Shown one piece after another: positions 25,788 through 31,281 of a stretch of 31,281 nucleotides of DNA. Each line of letters begins with the position of its first letter. Position 1 is the stretch's first letter. A program made the position numbers and the translations under genes. Origin of the DNA: a virus (Duplodnaviria > Caudoviricetes); the IMG/VR virus record IMGVR_UViG_3300033076_001090, positions 1 through 31,281 of that record; one strand, written 5' to 3'. Below the pieces are notes generated by a model. That model worked only from the letters and a program-made list of their open reading frames with translations. It did no database searches and was not told the origin of the DNA.

Positions 25788-27158
25788 ATGAACCTCGGCG
25801 ACCTGATCGACTTCTGCGGCAACCTGCTCGACTACGACCCGACGAACGACACCTACCGGTCTCAGCTGGTCACGTTGCTCAACGACGCGCAGACCCGCTG
25901 CCTGACTGACAGGCCCTGGGACTTCGCGCAGCGAGACCGCAAGCTGCAGGTCTGGACCGACCTGAACCTGGCTGTCACTGTGACCAACGGATCGGCGACG
26001 GTTGGCGGCGGCCCCTTCACCGTGTCGACGTCGGCGGTGCTGCCTGGCTCTGTGCTGGACCGAGCGGTGATCGAGATCACCGACAGCACCGGCGCGACCT
26101 ACACGCATCGCATCGCCTGGGTCCTGAGCAGCACCCAGCTCTACCTCGACCGCCCCTTCGTCGGAGTGACCGGCGCCTACACTGCTCTCGTCAAGCGTCG
26201 CGAGATCTACCTGCCCAGCGACTGCATGCAGGTCCAGAACGTGGGCGACCCGACACAGGGCATCCCGGCGAAGATCATGTTCCTGAGCAAGTTCGAGCGC
26301 GAGGACGCGAACTTGTACCCGGACCTGCTCGGGACCATCGAGGCGTACCTGCCGAGCGAGGGGCGGCGCACTCCGGCGCCGCAGACTCCTCGGGGGATCA
26401 CGACCGTGGCAGCGGTCGCGCAGGGCACGCGCACGATCAACGTCTACATGGTCAACGTCCAGGGGCCGCTGGCCACCAACTTCAAAGTCTACCGCTCTGA
26501 CGTGAGCGATGGCTGGGAGTCGGCGCTGTCGAAGGTCGCGACGTTCAACCTGAGCGACACCGAGACGCTGCGCTTCCAGCCCGAAGCGGTCGATGACACG
26601 ACCGGCTTGTACCGTCGGTACTACTTCACCTGTCCAGAAGCGGGCATCCTCGCCCCTGTGCGGGTGCGCAGCGCAGGCGGACAGGGCGTTGCAGCGGCTG
26701 GCGTCGACACGGTCAACCCGCAAGGCGGCGTCATCCTGGCCCCTGCGCTGGCTCTCAGCACGCTGCAGGCGCAGACGTTCCAGGCCTTGAGCGTGCGTTA
26801 CGTCTGGGACCAGGCGGCCGCGTACCAGAGCATCCAGCTCTACCCGCACCCAAGCGCAGATCAGCAGCTCGATGTGCGGATGCTCATCGCTCCGAGTCGG
26901 ATGCTCGAGGACCAAGACGCACCGCTTGTCCCGGCGGCCTATGCACAGGCCATCGCCTACACAGCACTTGAGGCCTTGACGCTCAAGGTCGACAACGGCG
27001 CGCTATCGGCGGTCTACCAGCGCAAGAAGGATCTGATCATCCGTGGGATGGAGCAGGCCTACCTGAAGGCTGTCCCGAGGCGCATCGTGAAGGGAACACC
27101 GACGTCAGGCTACCGCTACGTCACGAACCCCTACGGCCCGCTGCGGCTGCTCCCGTGA
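25788..27158 (+). CDS. Head-tail adaptor (tail tubular protein A-like) with inserted beta domains (456 aa)
   Basis: MNLGDLI...LLNDAQ...PWDF N-terminus, IYLPSD, and IQLYPHPS...D.PLVP..Y..AIAY.AL C-terminus typical of podophage adaptors. Confidence 0.72.
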   Translation: MNLGDLIDFCGNLLDYDPTNDTYRSQLVTLLNDAQTRCLTDRPWDFAQRDRKLQVWTDLNLAVTVTNGSATVGGGPFTVSTSAVLPGSVLDRAVIEITDSTGATYTHRIAWVLSSTQLYLDRPFVGVTGAYTALVKRREIYLPSDCMQVQNVGDPTQGIPAKIMFLSKFEREDANLYPDLLGTIEAYLPSEGRRTPAPQTPRGITTVAAVAQGTRTINVYMVNVQGPLATNFKVYRSDVSDGWESALSKVATFNLSDTETLRFQPEAVDDTTGLYRRYYFTCPEAGILAPVRVRSAGGQGVAAAGVDTVNPQGGVILAPALALSTLQAQTFQALSVRYVWDQAAAYQSIQLYPHPSADQQLDVRMLIAPSRMLEDQDAPLVPAAYAQAIAYTALEALTLKVDNGALSAVYQRKKDLIIRGMEQAYLKAVPRRIVKGTPTSGYRYVTNPYGPLRLLP

Positions 27159-27165
27159 GGCTCTG

Positions 27166-29337
27166 ATGCAGGTCGATACCGTACAGGCGCCCCTCGCCGC
27201 AGGCCTGGTCACGAGGCTGCCGCAGGACCCCTCGAGCGCAGGCCGCATCGAGAACTGGACCATCGACCAAGCCACGGGCGGCTGGTCAAGCCGTGTTGGC
27301 TATGAGAGCTTCGTGCCTGCGGCTACCAGCTGGGCGCCCTTCCAAAACTGCGGGCCGGTGTACAGCTTGCACGTTGCGCAGGCCTTGGCCGGTGGAGCTC
27401 GACAGCACGTGCTGTTCGAAGAGCAAGGCAACCTGCACCTCCTCTACGACGCTGCAGGGACTCCGGTGCTGCGCACGCTGGCCACCGGTCGACACGTGCC
27501 GACCGTCACCGAGGCTGCGAGCTGGTACACCGACACCCCTCACGGGACGGTGATCACCAACGGCTTCGACCGACCAGTCATCGTCAAGCCTTGGCCGCTG
27601 GCAGGCATCGTTGACGCTGCGAACACGATCACGCAGTGCATCCGGCCTCTCGGCTTCGACGGCTTGCCCACGGCTGTGACGCCGCGGAATGTCAAGCCGG
27701 TGCCTGCCCCACCCTTCCCGCCAAACATCAAGGCCAGCGGGAACGGCGCTGTGACGCTGTGGTGCCCCAGCAACGGCAACGCCATCCCCGCCGGCGGAGT
27801 CTGGGGCCTTGGTTTCGCCAACAACACCGCTGGGCAGGACGGAGACAAGGAGTCGAAGTACGGGTACGCGATGTCCTTCGTCACCGACTCAGGCAGCGAA
27901 GGCCCGGTCTCGACGCTGAGCTCGGTCGCATGGGCGCTCGATGCCGGCGCCGAGGGCTTCAAGCACGCTGTCGCAGTCACGATCCCGACTGGACCGCGGG
28001 GCACCGTCGCGAGGAAGCTCTACCGGACCACCAACTACAGCGACGACTACGACTTTCCCGGCGACACGAGGCTGTACCTGGTCGAGCTGATCCGCAACAA
28101 CGTCGACACGCTGTACTTCGACGCAGCGCCGACCGCGCTGCTCGGCCAGCCCGCGCCGGACATCGCGACGGGACCGCTGCCTGCACCTCGAGCACGGTTC
28201 TCGGCGATCTGGAACGGCGTGCTCTGGCTCGACGGGGGCCTCGAGGACAGCCGCACGCTGTACTACAGCGCCCAGGGCCTCATCGAGCAGTTCGCAGCGG
28301 ATGCGTTCGTTGAGCTGGCGGCCCAGGGAGGCTCCATCACCGCGCTCTACGCGCACTACACGTCGCTGCTGGTCTTCCGCGAGAACGGAGTCGATGTCGT
28401 TCAGGGCGACGCGCAGGCTGGGTTCACCGTCACGACGCTGAGCTCGTCCGTGACCTGCAGAGCCCCGCACTCGCTGGCGACGGTCCCTGGACTTGGCGTG
28501 GTCTTCCTCGCGCTCGACGGCGTCTATGCCATCACCGGAGGCCTGCAGGGCGGAGCGACGAACGACCTGGTCAAGCTGACCACGCTGCAGGAGCAGTTCA
28601 TCGCGCGCATCACGGCAGACGCGTTCCCCAAGGCCGTCGCGACCTGGAGCGCGCAGGACCAGGAGTACACGCTGTTCGTGCCGACGCTCGGCAACGACCG
28701 GCCTGACACAGGACTCGTGCTGCACGTCGATCGGCTGCAGGCGGCGCCCGACACCTCTCCGTGGTCGACGCGCAAGGGCTTCCCGGTCGGCGCTGTGAGC
28801 ACGTTCTTCGGCGGAGCTGTGGTCTTCGGGCACCACACAGGCAACCAGGACAGCGCCCCAGAGAGCGAGCGAGGCCTGTTCGTGGTCAGCGGCAAGCGGG
28901 CCCTGGGGCGCGTGCTGGTCAACGACCAACTGGTCAGCGGGCCGACTCCGACCAGCGTGTACCGCTCGGCTTGGTCAGCGTTCGGTGACCCACAGACGCA
29001 AAAGCAGGTCAGCTACGTGACTGTGTGGATGCTGACGACGGGCAACCAGAAGATCACCATGCGTCACTACAAGGACTTCAGCCTGCAGGCAGTCGAGGAG
29101 CGCACCTACTTCGCGCAGCCTCCTGACGCGTCAGCACTGGCGACGCTCGACAAGAGCGTGCTGGGGCAAGCGGTTTACCGCGACGAGCGTCTGGTCCCGC
29201 TGCGCTTCGCTGTCGCTCACCAGGGATGCAGCTGGTTCTGCTTCGAGCTCGAGACGCAGGAGGACCTGATCTTGGTCGGCTGGGAGTACGGCTACACGAG
29301 CAAGGGGACGCAGACGGTCATGGGGGTGCGCGCATGA
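27166..29337 (+). CDS. Tail nozzle (tail tubular protein B / P22 gp10-like), 723 aa
   Basis: ENW.ID..G..S.R.G N-terminus; beta-propeller-like motifs (LYYS, ITAL, LLVFRE, VVFLALDGVY); follows the adaptor. Confidence 0.78.
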   Translation: MQVDTVQAPLAAGLVTRLPQDPSSAGRIENWTIDQATGGWSSRVGYESFVPAATSWAPFQNCGPVYSLHVAQALAGGARQHVLFEEQGNLHLLYDAAGTPVLRTLATGRHVPTVTEAASWYTDTPHGTVITNGFDRPVIVKPWPLAGIVDAANTITQCIRPLGFDGLPTAVTPRNVKPVPAPPFPPNIKASGNGAVTLWCPSNGNAIPAGGVWGLGFANNTAGQDGDKESKYGYAMSFVTDSGSEGPVSTLSSVAWALDAGAEGFKHAVAVTIPTGPRGTVARKLYRTTNYSDDYDFPGDTRLYLVELIRNNVDTLYFDAAPTALLGQPAPDIATGPLPAPRARFSAIWNGVLWLDGGLEDSRTLYYSAQGLIEQFAADAFVELAAQGGSITALYAHYTSLLVFRENGVDVVQGDAQAGFTVTTLSSSVTCRAPHSLATVPGLGVVFLALDGVYAITGGLQGGATNDLVKLTTLQEQFIARITADAFPKAVATWSAQDQEYTLFVPTLGNDRPDTGLVLHVDRLQAAPDTSPWSTRKGFPVGAVSTFFGGAVVFGHHTGNQDSAPESERGLFVVSGKRALGRVLVNDQLVSGPTPTSVYRSAWSAFGDPQTQKQVSYVTVWMLTTGNQKITMRHYKDFSLQAVEERTYFAQPPDASALATLDKSVLGQAVYRDERLVPLRFAVAHQGCSWFCFELETQEDLILVGWEYGYTSKGTQTVMGVRA

Positions 29338-29996
29338 AGCGCTGGACCACCAGGCAGGCCATGGCGCGCAGCGTGGTCGCGCCTGACACGATCAACGACG
29401 AGCTCTCTGCCAGCCAGAGCAGCATCACCACGCTGGACCGGTCGCAGCTGCCCGCTGACTGGTGCGACGCTGCGCGCCTCGAGGACTACGCGCTGCACCG
29501 CGTGTACCAGGACCCGCTCTACCCGCTGTCTCGAGGTGGCGAGCAGCTCACAGACCAGGACACGAGCGTGCCGAACAACTCCTGGATCAGCAGCACGATC
29601 CAGGTCCACCTCGGCGACTGGACCAACATCGGGCCCGCAGTCACGCTCGCCGGGTTCCGGGGTGGGTCGCTGTACATGGAGTACGGTGCGAACACCTACG
29701 CCAACAACGTTTTCGCGCGAGGCGTGAACGACGGCTACCCAGGCTCACCGGCCTTCGTGCGGCTGCGCATCTTGGTAAACGGCATCACGCTTGCGGAGCG
29801 GCGTGGGAAGGCCTCCCATGGCCGTTGCCGAGTCTTCGGGACGCTGCAGCTTCCGGCTGGCGATCTGACAGTGAACCTGCAGTTCAAGCTCACCGAGGCC
29901 AGCGAAGACGCAGCGCTGGTCACGCTCTCGGGCGGACACTTGATGCAGGCTCACATCTACGCGGGGCGCTACCTTGCGGTGGGGAGGTGGCGATGA
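29334..29996 (+). CDS. Tail-associated protein 1 (220 aa)
   Basis: ATGA overlap at 29334; N-terminal VVAPDTINDEL anchor-like motif; beta-sandwich C-terminus. Confidence 0.7.
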   Translation: MKRWTTRQAMARSVVAPDTINDELSASQSSITTLDRSQLPADWCDAARLEDYALHRVYQDPLYPLSRGGEQLTDQDTSVPNNSWISSTIQVHLGDWTNIGPAVTLAGFRGGSLYMEYGANTYANNVFARGVNDGYPGSPAFVRLRILVNGITLAERRGKASHGRCRVFGTLQLPAGDLTVNLQFKLTEASEDAALVTLSGGHLMQAHIYAGRYLAVGRWR

Positions 29997-30886
29997 GCCG
30001 CATCACGCGCGCGCCGGTACAAGACGGCGACAACGTCACAGCGCTCAATCTCAACGCTCGCTTCAACGACTACTCGCAGGCTGGCGCGCTCAACGCGTTC
30101 AACGTGCGGGATGCAGCGGTCGACCTGCCTCACTTCACGCCAGGGCGCTTCCTGGCGCCGCAGATGGCCTCCGGCGTCATCGGGTTCAGCGACTGGAAGC
30201 ACGGGGCGTACAACACTGACCTGGCTGTCGCTGGCGTCCAGCCTCCGTTCCTCGTGCGCAACGCGGCAGGCACGGCGACTCCGCTCGCGCTCGGCACTGG
30301 CTGGACGCTCGACGGCGACCACGTGCTGCGCGTGTACTGGGACCTGAGCGTGCGACCGGTCTACACCGGCGTCCGTCCCTGGCAGGGCACGATCAGCGAC
30401 TGGGACATCGGCGCCGGTGCCGTCATCAACGTCAGCACGAACGTCGCGTGCTGGGCCTTCTGGCTGCAGTGGGACACGACGAGCGCAGCTCTGGCCAACT
30501 TCGTGAACGTCCCTGGCCAGGGCGACTTCAACACCGCTGACCCGAGCGCCAGCAAGTTCGGCAACACGCTCGCGACGTGCGGCGCGACCAGCACCGTCGC
30601 AGCCTTCAACGAGACTGCCTCGGCGCCCAACAACGGCAACATGCCCGGCCGCAACGAGGTCAAGGTCGGCTGGCAGGGGATCAGCGGAGACTGGCATCGA
30701 GCAGGCAACCCGATGGCCTCGGTGGTCGTCTACGGACTGCGGGTCGTGTTCACCGGCGTGCTGCACAGCTGGAACCAGGCAGGCCAAGACTGGCTGGTGC
30801 GTGATGATGCGCTCAACGCCAAGGCTGCGTGCTCGCTCGACCACAACAGCGGCGCCCTCAACGCGATGCTCATGCGGGTGAAGTGA
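29993..30886 (+). CDS. Tail-associated protein 2 / short fibre (297 aa)
   Basis: GGGAGG RBS, ATGA overlap at 29993; DGDNVTALNLNARF anchor-like motif; Trp/Asn/Gly-rich beta domain. Confidence 0.7.
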   Translation: MSRITRAPVQDGDNVTALNLNARFNDYSQAGALNAFNVRDAAVDLPHFTPGRFLAPQMASGVIGFSDWKHGAYNTDLAVAGVQPPFLVRNAAGTATPLALGTGWTLDGDHVLRVYWDLSVRPVYTGVRPWQGTISDWDIGAGAVINVSTNVACWAFWLQWDTTSAALANFVNVPGQGDFNTADPSASKFGNTLATCGATSTVAAFNETASAPNNGNMPGRNEVKVGWQGISGDWHRAGNPMASVVVYGLRVVFTGVLHSWNQAGQDWLVRDDALNAKAACSLDHNSGALNAMLMRVK

Positions 30887-31281
30887 TGGCCTTTTCACCG
30901 CCCAACGTCTTCGTCGGGAACACCACGCTCACGAGCGCTGCGCTCGAGGGCAACTTCGAGGCGCTGCGCGTGTACTTGCACAACGGCGTTGTGGTCGGTG
31001 ACCTCGAGGCCAGCAAGTGGATCCAGACCAGGCACCTGCAGCCTCCCGAGCTGCTGCCCTACCAGGGCCTCCAGCACGGGTTGAGCGGCTACCAGGGCGG
31101 CCAGAGCGCCGGCGGCATGGATGTCCGGCTGGCCTTCGCGACCAAGTTCCTGACTGGCCAGGGTCGGACGCAGGCCAACACCTTCGTGGCGCTCCCGAAC
31201 GCTGCCTTCCAGCTTGACGTGCGCCGCTCGATGAAGCTGCTGTTCCACTACTGGTGGGAGTGGGAGGCCGGGCCCGACGTC
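30886..31281 (+). CDS. Tail-associated protein 3, 5' part (continues at 1..318); not in the ORF track
   Basis: TGATG overlap; MAFSPPNVFVGNTTLTSAALEGNFEALRVYL...; 132 codons with no stop to the window end. Confidence 0.8.
   Translation, partial: MAFSPPNVFVGNTTLTSAALEGNFEALRVYLHNGVVVGDLEASKWIQTRHLQPPELLPYQGLQHGLSGYQGGQSAGGMDVRLAFATKFLTGQGRTQANTFVALPNAAFQLDVRRSMKLLFHYWWEWEAGPDV

Larger units (their letters stand above)
1..31281. mobile_element. Complete circularly permuted podovirus-like dsDNA phage genome
   Basis: Full set of packaging, head, short-tail, ejection, lysis, recombination and replication genes; no host genes; reading frame continuous across the 31281/1 junction. Confidence 0.9.

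Overview
This window appears to be a complete, circularly permuted genome (31,281 bp, roughly 70% GC by eye) of a short-tailed (podovirus-like) dsDNA bacteriophage. The ORF starting at 30886 runs off the right end exactly in frame with the open frame at 1..318. The + strand virion arm runs from 18332 across the junction to 10848. It contains terminase small and large subunits, portal, an acidic protein, a stand-alone WYL-domain protein, scaffold, major capsid, decoration protein, an enlarged head-tail adaptor, nozzle, three paralogous short tail proteins, three ejection-type proteins, an Ig-repeat adhesin-like protein, and a holin / two small basic proteins / M15 endolysin cassette. A - strand recombination operon (14761 to 11134) encodes an unannotated RHH protein, ERF, a RuvC-like protein, a RecE-like PD-(D/E)xK nuclease and a MazG-like protein. 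A divergent + strand replication operon (14908 to 18132) includes a lambda-O-like initiator with internal 11-bp iterons and an SSB-like DDIPF tail, plus a Lar-like protein. I recognise no integrase, CI-type repressor, polymerase, helicase, primase, SSB, tRNA or CRISPR array. The most unusual items are the WYL protein inside the head module, a ~280-nt multi-hairpin intergenic element with covarying repeated stem-loops (candidate ncRNA), an RBS-sequestering switch upstream of the initiator, and the SSB-tail mimic on the initiator. All functional calls come from recognising motifs by eye; no database search was run.
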